Shown: positions 20,312 to 31,262, counted from the first letter of the stretch. The stretch: DNA of 64,000 nucleotides from an uncultured Bacteroidales bacterium (GCA_942491855.1 CALOCL010000025.1:66910-130909); one strand, 5' to 3'. Notes: generated by a model from the letters alone, not told the origin. Made by a program: numbers and translations.

Positions 20312-21516
20312 CGGGTTTTGAAATGAATACTTCGAGCAGTTCTATAAATCAGATAGCCCATTGTAGTGAGAATTAGAAAAGCAACAATTCTGAATAACCA
20401 TGTATTTCCCCAATTTATTCCTCGTATTTTTGGTAAAATGATGTCACCATCATGTCGGATAAACGGATTTAAGTAAAACTTATTTCCATTTGGGAAAAAG
20501 ATTTCAACCCGTATGTACGAATCATCAGCTTTAAAAATATACTTTGCGGTTGTATTATTCGAATCCGTTTTCTTAAGCTCCCCGTTTAGTCCAATAAATC
20601 TAATTTCTGAAGCAATTCTGTCAACCCTAATTTGAATGGTATCACCAATTAAATTGGCCTCCTCTAAAGTTGCAATTCCCTTCAGTTTATCTTTTTTAAT
20701 TTGGTAGGAATCACCTCTTTCACGATAGATTTCTGCCCCGAAAGCCTTTCCCGATCTCAATGAAGAAATAATATTTTCTTTATTTAGTTCAGCAACATTT
20801 ATGAAAGTACAGTAATGTCCAACTTCATCCGGATTACCAATATTATGGGCATCATCATTGCTTAAGATGGTGACGTAATGCCCTGAAGAAAGCGCGGCAT
20901 CCCAATGTTCCAATGAAACCCGGTAGTTGTTTAGCACCTCAATACCATCATAATTAGTAAGGTATTTAAAGTCATCAGGAGCATATCCCTTCCTTAATTT
21001 AGGATGAGCGATAAAAACCAATTCGTTATTAGCGCGTATTTTATTTAAAATTTGCTGCTTGTGATTTAAGGTTTGATAAAAGAAAAAATCCAACCAATCC
21101 ACTTTCTTTGCGCCAATGCATACCTGATGATTTTTAAAAATTCCATAACCATGCTCATAAACCGGAACATACGAAGGCATGTTTTCGCGATGACGATTGA
21201 TTTTCATGTAATCAGATGTGGCTATGATATCGTAATCCAACATTTGATAAATGCTGTCAATTCTCTCATTCGTATTTAACCTTCCATCAGTAATTCCTTT
21301 CCAGGCGTATGATTGAATTTGAAAATTTGCTTTCACCCATGAGTTTGCGACCATGCTTTCGTATGGATTATTTATTTCCGATCCTGAAAATGGTCTGGGT
21401 TCCGGAAACTTATAAATTGTTGTTCCTAAGTAGGGTAGCCAAAGTAATGCCAGCACTAATAAAATTAAAATTATAAGTGCTTTTAAAAGGTTAAGTAATA
21501 TTCGAAAAGCGATCAT
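20308..21516 (-). CDS. Membrane-anchored hypothetical protein, possibly a PHP/CehA-like metallophosphoesterase fold
   Basis: 402 aa with TM helices at both ends. His/Asp-rich motifs (YEHGYG, FIAHPKL, SNDDAHN) are suggestive only. A 4-nt overlap with the GT39 gene implies an operon. Confidence 0.3.
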   Translation of the reverse strand: MIAFRILLNLLKALIILILLVLALLWLPYLGTTIYKFPEPRPFSGSEINNPYESMVANSWVKANFQIQSYAWKGITDGRLNTNERIDSIYQMLDYDIIATSDYMKINRHRENMPSYVPVYEHGYGIFKNHQVCIGAKKVDWLDFFFYQTLNHKQQILNKIRANNELVFIAHPKLRKGYAPDDFKYLTNYDGIEVLNNYRVSLEHWDAALSSGHYVTILSNDDAHNIGNPDEVGHYCTFINVAELNKENIISSLRSGKAFGAEIYRERGDSYQIKKDKLKGIATLEEANLIGDTIQIRVDRIASEIRFIGLNGELKKTDSNNTTAKYIFKADDSYIRVEIFFPNGNKFYLNPFIRHDGDIILPKIRGINWGNTWLFRIVAFLILTTMGYLIYRTARSIHFKTR

Positions 21517-21718
21517 GGATTATTTGCTCAATTTGCTGTAAAGATAGCACAAAACTGACTTATCCGAATAGGGGTGAACTTAATTCTTTTATTAGATAAT
21601 CTCCAAGGTGAATAAATATTGTCCCATTCTGGGAACCTTTCTCGAAAATAAAAGTATAACTACTAATTCTTCATTTGGGAATAAATCCCTGGTGAATAGA
21701 ATTACTAACAAAATTAAT

Positions 21719-23068
21719 ATGACAATGAACCCATTTAGGATATTTATTGTAGAAGATGATGAGTTTTATGGAGAGATGTTAAAACATCATCTTTCGAAAA
21801 ACCCTGACTATGAAGTTGAACTTTTTTTCACCGGGAAAGAGTTCTTAGCTAATCTGCATAAGAAACCTTCCGTCATATCTTTAGATTTCACCTTACCTGA
21901 TACAACAGGGCTTGAGGTGATGAAAAAAATTAAGGATCAGGCTCCGGAGGTTCCTGTAATTATTGTTTCGGGACAGGAGGATATCTCAACCGCCGTAAGT
22001 TTACTGAAGGAAGGAGCCTATGACTATTTTGAAAAGAATGATGAGACAAAAGATCGCCTATGGAATGCCATTATTAAGATTAAAGAGAATCTGGGACTGA
22101 AAGAGGAAATCATTGTTTTAAAAGAAGAGATTGGTAAAAAATACAAAATTGACAAAGCCATTAAAGGATCGAGCAAAGCCATTAAAGGCATTTTTGATCT
22201 TATTGAAAAAGGAGCCCGCTCAAACATTACAGTTTCATTAACGGGAGAAACCGGAACAGGAAAGGAACTTGCAGCACGAGCTATTCATTACAATTCTGAA
22301 AGGGCTAAAAAACCATTTACAGCCATCAACGTTTCAGCCGTACCAAAAGAGCTAATTGAAAGTGAGTTGTTTGGGCATGAGAAAGGGGCATTTACCGGTG
22401 CAAACAGTCGCAAACTTGGCAAATTTGAAATTGCCCATAAAGGAACGCTGTTCTTAGATGAAATTGCAGAGATGGACATCAATATGCAAACCAAACTACT
22501 CAGGGTGCTTCAGGAAAGGGAATTTACACGTGTTGGCGGAAATGAGACCATTAAAGTTGATGTTCGCTTAATCGTGGCAACCAATAAAGATTTATCAGAA
22601 GAAGTTCACAAAGGCAATGTTAGAGAAGACCTTTATTACAGATTACTTGGTCTTCCCATTGAATTGCCTCCTTTACGCCACAGGGGCGATGACGTCATCA
22701 TTTTATCAAAATTTTTCCTCGAAGAATTTGCAAAAGAAAACAAAGTACCTATTCCAACTTTAACAGCAAAAGCTTCCGAGAAATTATTAAAATACCCCTA
22801 TCCTGGTAATGTTAGAGAATTAAAAGCGGTCATCGAACTTGCAGCTGTGCTCTCGAATGAGAATACCATACACGAATCAGACATCAGCTTTAATTCAGCC
22901 CATGGAACCAGCGATTTTTTAATCGAAGAAGATACCTTGCAAGGATACGAGAGAAAAATTATCAAATTTTATCTACAGAAGTACAACAATAATGTTCTTC
23001 AGGTTGCAAAAAAGCTAGCCATAGGGAAATCAACCATTTATCGCATGATCAAAAGCAAAGAAATTTAA
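21719..23068 (+). CDS. Sigma-54-dependent response regulator (NtrC/Fis family enhancer-binding protein)
   Basis: REC domain (IVEDDE..., SLDFTLPD), AAA+ core (GETGTGKE, GAFTGA GAFTGA-loop, ESELFGHEKGAFTG) and a C-terminal Fis-type HTH. ATG 21719 is preferred over the track's GTG 21608 extension. Confidence 0.9.
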   Translation: MTMNPFRIFIVEDDEFYGEMLKHHLSKNPDYEVELFFTGKEFLANLHKKPSVISLDFTLPDTTGLEVMKKIKDQAPEVPVIIVSGQEDISTAVSLLKEGAYDYFEKNDETKDRLWNAIIKIKENLGLKEEIIVLKEEIGKKYKIDKAIKGSSKAIKGIFDLIEKGARSNITVSLTGETGTGKELAARAIHYNSERAKKPFTAINVSAVPKELIESELFGHEKGAFTGANSRKLGKFEIAHKGTLFLDEIAEMDINMQTKLLRVLQEREFTRVGGNETIKVDVRLIVATNKDLSEEVHKGNVREDLYYRLLGLPIELPPLRHRGDDVIILSKFFLEEFAKENKVPIPTLTAKASEKLLKYPYPGNVRELKAVIELAAVLSNENTIHESDISFNSAHGTSDFLIEEDTLQGYERKIIKFYLQKYNNNVLQVAKKLAIGKSTIYRMIKSKEI

Positions 23069-23081
23069 GCCGCAACCCCTC

Positions 23082-23432
23082 ATGGAGCAGAAAAAATATC
23101 ATGTGGATCGGATTAAAGCATTTATTGGTGAAGATCAGGAAATGCTGTTAAAGATGGTGAATATTTTTCTGGATAAAGCACCAAAAATGTTAGATATCAT
23201 TCAGAAAAGCCTAAACGAACAAGATTACCCAACACTCCAATTTCATGCCCACAAACTAAAAACCAGCATCGATCATTTCAGCATTGAAACTTTAACTAAA
23301 GAAATCAGGCAAATTGAAGATTTTGCAAAATCTGAAATAAGTTTGGAAGAACTTCCTGCTTTAATCCACAAACTGGAGAAAGAGCTTAAGGAGGCCATTC
23401 AGGAAATTAAATCTGACTTTAAAATTTCCTAA
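23082..23432 (+). CDS. Hpt (histidine phosphotransfer) domain protein
   Basis: 116 aa helical protein with HAHKLKTS matching the Hpt H-x-x-K-G/S phospho-His motif. Confidence 0.75.
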   Translation: MEQKKYHVDRIKAFIGEDQEMLLKMVNIFLDKAPKMLDIIQKSLNEQDYPTLQFHAHKLKTSIDHFSIETLTKEIRQIEDFAKSEISLEELPALIHKLEKELKEAIQEIKSDFKIS

Positions 23433-23436
23433 AATT

Positions 23437-24975
23437 TTAAAGTGGAATATTTCCATGTTTTTTTGATGGATTTGATTTGCTTTTATTGCTAGTCATCTCC
23501 AATGCTTCGATTAACTTATACCGTGTTTGCCTTGGATAAATAATCTCATCGATATATCCCAGTTCTGCTGCCTTGTAAGGGCTTGCAAAAGTTTCTCGAT
23601 AATCATCAACCGCTTTCTTCTTCTCATCATCAGTTAATGCATTTCTGAAAATAATATTAACTGCACCATCTGCACCCATCACGGCAATTTCGGCAGTTGG
23701 ATAAGCAAAATTAATATCCGCACCGATATGCTTGCTCGACATCACATCGTAAGCACCACCGTAGGCTTTTCTTGTAATTAGAGTTATTTTAGGAACAGTA
23801 GCCTCCGCAAATGCATACAATAATTTTGCACCATGTTTGATAATTCCACCCCACTCCTGAGCTGTTCCGGGCAAGAATCCAGGAACATCTTCAAACGTAA
23901 TAATTGGGATATTAAAAGCATCGCAAAAACGGATGAATCTGGCTCCTTTAACCGAAGAGTTAATATCCAGTACTCCTGCCAAATAAGCCGGCTGATTGGC
24001 AACGATACCAACAGATCTGCCACCTAATCGGGCAAAACCAACCACAATATTCTGGGCATAATGCGGCTGAATCTCAAAGAAATTATGATCATCAACAACT
24101 GTTGTGATCAAGTCACAAATATCATAAGGTTTATTGGGATCTGCCGGAATTAAGGTTTGAAGTTTTTTATCCGCTCTTTTAATATCGTCGGTACAAGGCT
24201 TCATGGGAGCTTCTTCCATATTGTTAGAAGGAATAAAACTAAATAGTTCCCGTATCATCATCATGGCCATTTCATCATCATCAGCCATCAGGTGAGCTAC
24301 ACCGCTGGTCGAGTTATGGGTCATGGCACCTCCCAATTCTTCCTTGGTAACCTCCTCGTGCGTAACTGTTTTGATAACATCAGGACCAGTAACAAACATA
24401 TAGCTTGAGTTTTTAACCATCATCACAAAATCAGTCATGGCTGGTGAATAAACCGCTCCTCCGGCACATGGCCCAAGTATGGCTGAAATTTGAGGAATTA
24501 CACCTGAGGACATCACATTGCGATAAAAAATATCTGCATATCCTCCAAGGCTTTCTACTCCTTCCTGAATTCTTGCTCCTCCTGAATCATTTAAACCAAT
24601 GACCGGAGCCCCCATTTTCATGGCCAAATCCATTACCTTGATGATTTTATTTGCATTGGCACGACTTAAAGTTCCACCAAAAACCGTAAAATCCTGGGCA
24701 AAGACATAAACCAGCCTGCCATCAATTTTACCGTAACCCGATACGACACCATCGCCTAGAATTTTATTTTTATCAATTCCGAAATCCGTGGCACTGTGTA
24801 CCACAAATTTATCGAGTTCAACAAAGGTGTCAACATCAAGCAAAAACTTAACTCTTTCCCGGGCCGTAAGCCTACCGGCATCGTGCTGTCGTTTGGTTCT
24901 TTCAACACCTCCACCAAGTTCAGCCTGTTTATTAATTTGCTCAAACTGCTTAAATTTTCCTTCTAAGTCTGCCAT
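23437..24975 (-). CDS. Acyl-CoA carboxylase carboxyltransferase subunit (propionyl-CoA carboxylase beta / methylmalonyl-CoA carboxyltransferase 12S type)
   Basis: 512 aa. GKLTARERV..LLD and [10 protein letters not shown] motifs, with a duplicated crotonase-like CT fold. Confidence 0.9.
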   Translation of the reverse strand: MADLEGKFKQFEQINKQAELGGGVERTKRQHDAGRLTARERVKFLLDVDTFVELDKFVVHSATDFGIDKNKILGDGVVSGYGKIDGRLVYVFAQDFTVFGGTLSRANANKIIKVMDLAMKMGAPVIGLNDSGGARIQEGVESLGGYADIFYRNVMSSGVIPQISAILGPCAGGAVYSPAMTDFVMMVKNSSYMFVTGPDVIKTVTHEEVTKEELGGAMTHNSTSGVAHLMADDDEMAMMMIRELFSFIPSNNMEEAPMKPCTDDIKRADKKLQTLIPADPNKPYDICDLITTVVDDHNFFEIQPHYAQNIVVGFARLGGRSVGIVANQPAYLAGVLDINSSVKGARFIRFCDAFNIPIITFEDVPGFLPGTAQEWGGIIKHGAKLLYAFAEATVPKITLITRKAYGGAYDVMSSKHIGADINFAYPTAEIAVMGADGAVNIIFRNALTDDEKKKAVDDYRETFASPYKAAELGYIDEIIYPRQTRYKLIEALEMTSNKSKSNPSKKHGNIPL

Positions 24976-24986
24976 TTTATTTATTT

Positions 24987-25493
24987 TTATTCAATGATAA
25001 TTAACGATTGATGACCATCAACTACATCACCTTCTTTGACTAAAACTTCTTTAATTAACCGGTCTTTTTTTACTTTATACTCACTTTCCATTTTCATGGC
25101 TGAGATAATAATTACGGTATCACCGGCTTTTACCTTATCGCCAGGTTTAACTAAAACCTTAACCACCTTACCAGGCATGGGTGTTGAAATAATATTGGAA
25201 TCCGTTCCGTCATCTTTCTTTCTGCTTTTTAAATATTTGCTTTCAGCATCAATGATTTCAACATCGAATGACTCGTTGAGGGTGTTTACCAAATATTCCT
25301 TACTTGATCCATTTTCGATCATTTCAATATTGTAAGAAATCCCATTCATAATGAGGGAATAAACTCCTTTTTCAACCATTACAACATCAGCATCATATTT
25401 TACATCATCGAGTAAGATTTTTACCTCATTCCCATTTCTGTTGAGCAGTTCAACTTTTGCTGTTCTGTCGTTTATTTTTATTTCGTAAGACAT
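24987..25493 (-). CDS. Biotin carboxyl carrier protein (biotinyl domain)
   Basis: 168 aa. C-terminal biotinylation motif [10 protein letters not shown]. Confidence 0.85.
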   Translation of the reverse strand: MSYEIKINDRTAKVELLNRNGNEVKILLDDVKYDADVVMVEKGVYSLIMNGISYNIEMIENGSSKEYLVNTLNESFDVEIIDAESKYLKSRKKDDGTDSNIISTPMPGKVVKVLVKPGDKVKAGDTVIIISAMKMESEYKVKKDRLIKEVLVKEGDVVDGHQSLIIIE

Positions 25494-25511
25494 AAGATCT
25501 TTTTTAACCGT

Positions 25512-27020
25512 TTAGAAACGTAATACATTTTTCTTTCTGCCAAAATCCTTCCAGTTATTTCCCAATTTATGTTTTGATTTATCTGGTTGGAGGGCATTAA
25601 CTTTATCCAGATAATCAATAAATGCGGCAATGATTGCCACCTCCTCACAATTTCCACATGTTGGTGGTTTTGCCATCAGGAAGTCATAATTTTTCTCGAT
25701 AAAATGGGTATTGTAATTTCCTATTTCAAAATCGGGGCAATCCAAAATCCTTTCCAGAAACCGAATCGAAGTTTTAATCCCAGTGATCTTGTAATTATGT
25801 AAAGCCCTATGAAGTCGGGCAATAGCTTCATCGCGTGTTTTGGCCCAAACAATAAGTTTAGAAATTAAAGGATCGTAGTACATGGGGATTTCATAACCTT
25901 CGTACACATAGCCATCGTGCCGAACACCTAAGCCCAAAGGTTCAGAAATGTGCTTAATCACACCCGGGCTGGGCATAAAATTATTATCCGGATCTTCTGC
26001 ATAAATACGGCATTCGATAGCATGGCCATCCTGACGAAGTTCTTCCTGTTTAAAAGACAAAACTTTGCCATTGGCAATATTAATTTGCTCTTTGACCAGA
26101 TCAACCCCTACCACCCTTTCGGTAATCGGATGCTCTACCTGAAGCCGGGTATTCATCTCCAAAAAATAATAATTTAGCTCGTCATCAACAATAAACTCAA
26201 TGGTACCTGCACCTACGTAATTTACAGCCTTAGCAGCTGCAACTGCATGCGCGCCCATTTCAGCCCTGACTTTTTCCGTCATCATTGGCGAAGGTGTTTC
26301 TTCTACCACTTTTTGATGCCGACGTTGTACCGAACATTCCCTTTCGAAAAGATGGATGGCATTTCCGTGTTTATCGGCCAGTATCTGAAACTCGATATGA
26401 TGAGGAGATTCAATATATTTTTCAACATAAATGGCATCATCCCCAAACGCAGTCATGGCTTCTGATTTAGCTGCACTAACCGCACTAACGATTTCAGACT
26501 GTTCTTTAACCAAGCGCATCCCTTTTCCACCACCACCAGCCGAAGCCTTTACCATCACAGGCAAGCCAACTTCTCCAATGGTTTTTAATGCCGAATCCAT
26601 ATCGGTTAAAGGTTCGGTTGTCCCAGGAACCACAGGTACATTGGCTGCCAGCATCGTTTTACGGGCAGTAATTTTATCTCCCATGGTATCGATCGCATAG
26701 GCGGAAGGCCCGATAAAAATGATTCCTTCCTTTTCGCATCTTTCTGAAAATTGAGCATTTTCAGAAAGAAATCCATAACCTGGATGGATGGCATCGGCTT
26801 TTGATTTTTTAGCAACATCAAATATTTTATCCATCACCAAATAACTCTCGTTTGATGGTGCCGGTCCGATGTTATAAGCCTCATCTGCATAACGAACATG
26901 CATAGAGGTTCTATCTGCATCTGAATAAACCGCAACCGTTCTGATTCCCATCTCTCTGCAGGATCTTATTACCCTAACAGCTATTTCTCCCCGATTGGCC
27001 ACTAATACTTTTTGTATCAT
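25512..27020 (-). CDS. Biotin carboxylase subunit of acyl-CoA carboxylase
   Basis: 502 aa. KVLVANRGEIA, the ATP-grasp motif GGGGKGMR and EMNTRLQVEHP. Confidence 0.92.
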   Translation of the reverse strand: MIQKVLVANRGEIAVRVIRSCREMGIRTVAVYSDADRTSMHVRYADEAYNIGPAPSNESYLVMDKIFDVAKKSKADAIHPGYGFLSENAQFSERCEKEGIIFIGPSAYAIDTMGDKITARKTMLAANVPVVPGTTEPLTDMDSALKTIGEVGLPVMVKASAGGGGKGMRLVKEQSEIVSAVSAAKSEAMTAFGDDAIYVEKYIESPHHIEFQILADKHGNAIHLFERECSVQRRHQKVVEETPSPMMTEKVRAEMGAHAVAAAKAVNYVGAGTIEFIVDDELNYYFLEMNTRLQVEHPITERVVGVDLVKEQINIANGKVLSFKQEELRQDGHAIECRIYAEDPDNNFMPSPGVIKHISEPLGLGVRHDGYVYEGYEIPMYYDPLISKLIVWAKTRDEAIARLHRALHNYKITGIKTSIRFLERILDCPDFEIGNYNTHFIEKNYDFLMAKPPTCGNCEEVAIIAAFIDYLDKVNALQPDKSKHKLGNNWKDFGRKKNVLRF

Positions 27021-27360
27021 ACAATTAAATTTACTCGTGCTTTCACCTTTAATCTAATTCAATTTTTATGGTATGGGAAAACAACATGATTGTGGTTGTA
27101 AAGATAAAGTTTTTTTGTATCCTCCTAACTGTTAATAATTTAACACCGATACTTATAAAATCAATTTTCAAAAAAAAGTGATCACCTCCAGCTTTATCTA
27201 AACTGAATTTAAATAAACTAATTGTTTAATTTTTAATTTATTGAAGAAATATCTTATGAACAATATTCAGGCAGTATTTTGATAAACTTTAATTCTATTT
27301 TTAAAAAATATTGAAATTCAGAATATTTTCTAAATAATCAATTTACAAGATAAAGAATCA

Positions 27361-27402
27361 ATAAAAGAAGCCATCATATATAAGTAATACATGATGGCTT
27401 TT
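27361..27402 (-). terminator. Intrinsic terminator after the M28 peptidase gene
   Basis: AAGCCATCAT ... ATGATGGCTT 10-bp stem. On the minus strand it is followed by a T-rich run. Confidence 0.6.
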
Positions 27403-27419
27403 AGGAAAATTAAATCAAA

Positions 27420-28976
27420 CTATTTTTTATCTTCAATGTAATAACCTTCCCGTGATAAAAGATGATCCAAATTAGCCAATCCCAAGGCAACAACCGCAGT
27501 AACAATAGAAGTATGATTCATGTATTCAGGGATACTCATATTGTATAAATCTCTTTCCGTATGCCAGATTTCGCCATAATTGAAATCATAGCCCAAAGGA
27601 TCACCGGTTCCAAAAGATATGGTTGGAACTCCGTTAATTGCAAAATAAGCATGATCCGATCCACCAGCTCTGGTAGGTTTTCTAGCCGGTTCGCGCTTAC
27701 TTAAAGTGAAAGGAAAATCAGGATTAATATCATTTAATGGCTCACAAATTTTTACAAAATCATCGTACATGGCCTCGGTAACCCTCAAACTGTTTGCAAC
27801 TGTTGGTCCTCCATCACGATTAAAATAATTTGAAATTTTAGCCCATTTGTCTTCGTTATTTTCAACCCAGCTTTTCGACCCCAGTAAACCAAATTCTTCG
27901 CCTGCCCACAAACAAAATAAAATACTTCGTTTAGGTTTTCCTCCAGCTTCCATAATTAATCGAGCTGCCTCCATGGCTACGGTAATTCCTGTTCCGCAAT
28001 CAACACCACCGGTAGCAACATCAAATGCATCCAGGTGTCCTCCAATCATCACATACTCATCCGGATATTTTGTTCCTTTAATCATTCCAATCACATTATG
28101 GTAATTTACCGGTCCCATTTTAAAATGGTTACGGATGTCGAATTCAAGCTCAAATCGTTGTCTTTCCTTCGCCATTTGTTCAATAATTTCATATTGATGC
28201 TCATCGAGTTTGATGTCTGGAACCGTTGGCAAATTGTCGAAAGTCATGTCCGGAAGGTTTTTCCGGTCGTAAAGCACCCTGATCGGATTTGAAGAAGACT
28301 GAATGACTCCAAGGATTCCGGCCTCGCACATCTCCCTGTAAAACAAAGCAGGTTCTTCCACATAAGGAATCATTTCTTTGGGTTCCTTATCCCGGTTACT
28401 CCGATTATACCTTTTGATTTCATTATTTTTTTCTCCAATTTCAGCATTAACTGCTTTTAAAGAATCACGTAAATGGTCAGCCTTTTTAGAGATATCAATG
28501 GGCCAACCATCATTTTTACCTCCAATCAATACCCAAGCTCCTTTTAGTTTTCCTTTCATGCGGTCAAATTCAGTCTGGGTTTTAGGCTCCAGAACCACAT
28601 GACCTTTCTGAACACCTTTAGTCCCTGAGGTATAGGAAGGTGTGGCGAAATGTAATTGCATGCCATTATCACTTAACAAACGTCCGAACCATGGGCCACG
28701 GTTAAAACCAACAGGCAGTTCGCCCGAATAATCCATATCCACCTCCAGTCCCCATTCCTTGAATTTACTGGCAGCCCAAATGGCTGCATTTTCATAAGCA
28801 TCCGATCCAATTAATCGCCCACCAAAGCGATTTGAAAAAACGTCAAGATGATTCATGGTTTGATTATCGATAGTTCCTATTTCAATTATTTTCTCAACTA
28901 CTTTCTTTTGCGAAAAAGCTGATACATTAAGGAATAGAAAAAACAAAACTGATACTGAAATGAATAAGCGTTTCAT
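27420..28976 (-). CDS. Secreted M28-family metallopeptidase
   Basis: 518 aa. Signal peptide MKRLFISVSVLFFLFLNVSAFSQ, Zn-ligand regions GGHLDAFD and WAGEEFGLLGS. Confidence 0.8.
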   Translation of the reverse strand: MKRLFISVSVLFFLFLNVSAFSQKKVVEKIIEIGTIDNQTMNHLDVFSNRFGGRLIGSDAYENAAIWAASKFKEWGLEVDMDYSGELPVGFNRGPWFGRLLSDNGMQLHFATPSYTSGTKGVQKGHVVLEPKTQTEFDRMKGKLKGAWVLIGGKNDGWPIDISKKADHLRDSLKAVNAEIGEKNNEIKRYNRSNRDKEPKEMIPYVEEPALFYREMCEAGILGVIQSSSNPIRVLYDRKNLPDMTFDNLPTVPDIKLDEHQYEIIEQMAKERQRFELEFDIRNHFKMGPVNYHNVIGMIKGTKYPDEYVMIGGHLDAFDVATGGVDCGTGITVAMEAARLIMEAGGKPKRSILFCLWAGEEFGLLGSKSWVENNEDKWAKISNYFNRDGGPTVANSLRVTEAMYDDFVKICEPLNDINPDFPFTLSKREPARKPTRAGGSDHAYFAINGVPTISFGTGDPLGYDFNYGEIWHTERDLYNMSIPEYMNHTSIVTAVVALGLANLDHLLSREGYYIEDKK

Positions 28977-29224
28977 AATGTTATTAGGTTAAAAGGTTAT
29001 AAAAATTCGTCTGAACCAGAATCACAAATAGAACTAATTTTAATTTTGAAAGATATAAAAATAAAAAGATTGATAACGATTTAAGGATGCTTTTTAGACA
29101 AGTTTGAAAAAATATCTGCCTTATGCGGACTTATTTACGACTAGCAAAAACTAAGATGGAATCAATCTAAATATTTATCTTCAGATTAAACCTATTCAGT
29201 TTATTAACTTGCCAACAATCAAAG

Positions 29225-30448
29225 CTATTTGTCTTTTTTTGAGACCATTTCTTCAAATCTGGAAATAATAACTGCACCAACACTATCACTAAAAACATTG
29301 GCAGTGGTTCTGAACATATCCAAAATCCGATCAACAGCCAGAATAATGGCAACTCCTTCTAAAGGCAAACCAACAGCACTTAGAATGATCGACATCATCA
29401 CCATTCCACTCATGGGCACGCTGGCAGCACCAATAGATGCAAGTACTGCTGTGACTGCCACAGTCATTTGCGCCGCAAAGGATAATTCAAAACCATAAAC
29501 CTGTGCGATAAAAATAGTAGCCACACATTCGTAAAGGGCAGTTCCATCCATATTCATGGTAGCACCAATGGGTAAAACAAAACCGGCTGCACGTTTTGAA
29601 GCTCCGGATGTTTCGGTAACGGCCTTCATCGTTAACGGAAGAGTTACAATGGTTGAACAGGTTGTAAAACCAGTTAAAATAGCTGGTAACATCCCCCGGT
29701 AATGCTTTAGCGGATTTACCCTACCTAAAGTTTTCAAGAGGATTGGTAAAGTAAAAAACATGTGTATGCTTAGTCCGATAATTACAATCAAAAAATAAAA
29801 TCCCAGGGACTTAAAGGAAACAAATCCTGTTTCGGCAACTATTTTTGCAATGATACCAAACACGCCCAAAGGTGCGATCCAGATCACAAAAGTTGTCATT
29901 TTTAACATGGCCTCAAAGGCGGCATTAAAAACATTGCCTAATAAATCGCGTTCTGTAGTTTTTAATCGGGTGGTAAAATATCCGAATAAAATAGAGAAGA
30001 AGATAACCGGCAAAACATCTCCGTTTGCAAGTGCATGAAAAGGGTTCTTAGGAATGATATTAAGTAAAATATCACCTATCCCTCGCTCCACTGCTTCGAT
30101 GGCTTCCGGATTGGCTTCCAATCCAATTTCGGCACCAACACCGGGCTTAAACACATTCACCAATACTTGGCCGGTAAAAATAGCCAGGAAACTAGTCATG
30201 ACGTAATAGCCAAAAGTTCGCAATCCCATTCTTCCCAAACCATAGGCTGAACCAACTTGGATAACAGCACTTACAATAGAGGTTACAACCAGTGGCATGA
30301 TGGCCATGCGTAGTAATCGCAAAAATATTTGCGACAGCGGATTAGCAACAGGTACAATGGGATCACCAATAATAAATCCGGCCGCAATTCCTAAAAAGAA
30401 TCCGACAAAGATCCAGATGGTTAGACGATAACGAACAAATTTGGACAT
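29225..30448 (-). CDS. Dicarboxylate/amino acid:cation symporter (DAACS, GltP/DctA-like)
   Basis: 407 aa polytopic protein. PIGATMNMDGTALYE and AAS.GAASVP motifs of the SLC1/DAACS family. Confidence 0.9.
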   Translation of the reverse strand: MSKFVRYRLTIWIFVGFFLGIAAGFIIGDPIVPVANPLSQIFLRLLRMAIMPLVVTSIVSAVIQVGSAYGLGRMGLRTFGYYVMTSFLAIFTGQVLVNVFKPGVGAEIGLEANPEAIEAVERGIGDILLNIIPKNPFHALANGDVLPVIFFSILFGYFTTRLKTTERDLLGNVFNAAFEAMLKMTTFVIWIAPLGVFGIIAKIVAETGFVSFKSLGFYFLIVIIGLSIHMFFTLPILLKTLGRVNPLKHYRGMLPAILTGFTTCSTIVTLPLTMKAVTETSGASKRAAGFVLPIGATMNMDGTALYECVATIFIAQVYGFELSFAAQMTVAVTAVLASIGAASVPMSGMVMMSIILSAVGLPLEGVAIILAVDRILDMFRTTANVFSDSVGAVIISRFEEMVSKKDK

Positions 30449-30500
30449 AAATCTAGGTTAAAAATAATATAAAGAATCTTGCCATTCAAGTAATACATAA

Positions 30501-30537
30501 AAAAGCCATTTAGGTTTTACATCTAAAATAGCTTTTT
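30501..30537 (-). terminator. Probable ancestral terminator of tRNA-Arg, now separated from the gene by the islet
   Basis: Imperfect hairpin AAAAGCCATTTAG/CTAAAATAGCTTTT with flanking A and T runs. It lies just downstream (minus sense) of the displaced tRNA 3' fragment. Confidence 0.4.
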
Positions 30538-30580
30538 TGAGTTTGCTTTTGTCTTCTTTAAAAAATGTTTTAATCATTAA

Positions 30581-30623
30581 GTGACTCCGAAGGGATTCGA
30601 ACCCCTAACCCTCTGATCCGAAG
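30581..30623 (-). repeat. Displaced 3' half of tRNA-Arg (att-type direct repeat, identical to 34536-34578)
   Basis: GTGACTCCGAAGGGATTCGAACCCCTAACCCTCTGATCCGAAG occurs identically at both positions. Identity ends inside the anticodon loop. Confidence 0.95.
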
Positions 30624-30683
30624 GTTTTCAGGGTTAATTTTAAGATTCCCAGCAAACTTGGTTCCTAGGCATTTTTTAAATAG

Positions 30684-30878
30684 TATTATATAACTTGTCC
30701 ACGATTTGTAACTGTTTTACATAAAACCTTACACATTTTTGTGAATCAGCACCTTAAAGCATTAGCCAAAACACTTGACTTACCAAAAGATATCTCCACC
30801 TGCTGGGTACACCACTTTTTTACTACTAACTCTTTTCCTAAAGGAGCTTCTATGGAACGAGTTTTATATTATCTATGA
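30684..30878 (+). pseudogene. C-terminal fragment of a tyrosine recombinase (integrase) gene
   Basis: Hand translation gives ...VLHKTLHIFVNQHLKALAKTLDLPKDISTCWVHHFFTTNSFPKGASMERVLYYL*. It parallels the Bacteroidota integrase region ..SNQK.N.YLKEIA...I.K.IT.H.ARHTFAT..L..G.SIE.VS..LGH. The N-terminal roughly 300 codons and the catalytic Tyr region are missing. Confidence 0.6.
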
Positions 30879-31262
30879 CTCGCCACATTCCAATTGTGAT
30901 TCTTTCATCTCCAATAGAATTCTGATCACGTAAAAAAGGTGATATTTCAAATGCATTTATTAAATACACTGCATCAATATCAGATTCTCCCGTTATTACT
31001 GGACGAAAGAACCATAAAAAGATTCTCTCCTGGAAGATTTGCTCTACCGAAATCTTTAGTCGATTTTGGAGAGTAAGAAAACTGTTCTATGGAATAATAA
31101 AAAGTTTCATCTTTGTTGATTCACTGCGGAAAACCTTCTTCCCAGGATGAAAAAAATAGTCAATTACTCCGAGTTCTGAATAATATTTGAAAAATAGATT
31201 TTTATTTTATTTCTTTCGGGGAATGGCCTTTAGCTCATTAATAATTTGATTTACTATTTTCA

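Noticed and set aside
30880-31262. Possible small toxin or antitoxin genes in the spacer between the integrase fragment and hipT
   Set aside because: Only start-less or frame-broken open stretches were found by hand translation, and nothing of 60 aa or more appears in the track. The spacer is treated as decayed DNA.
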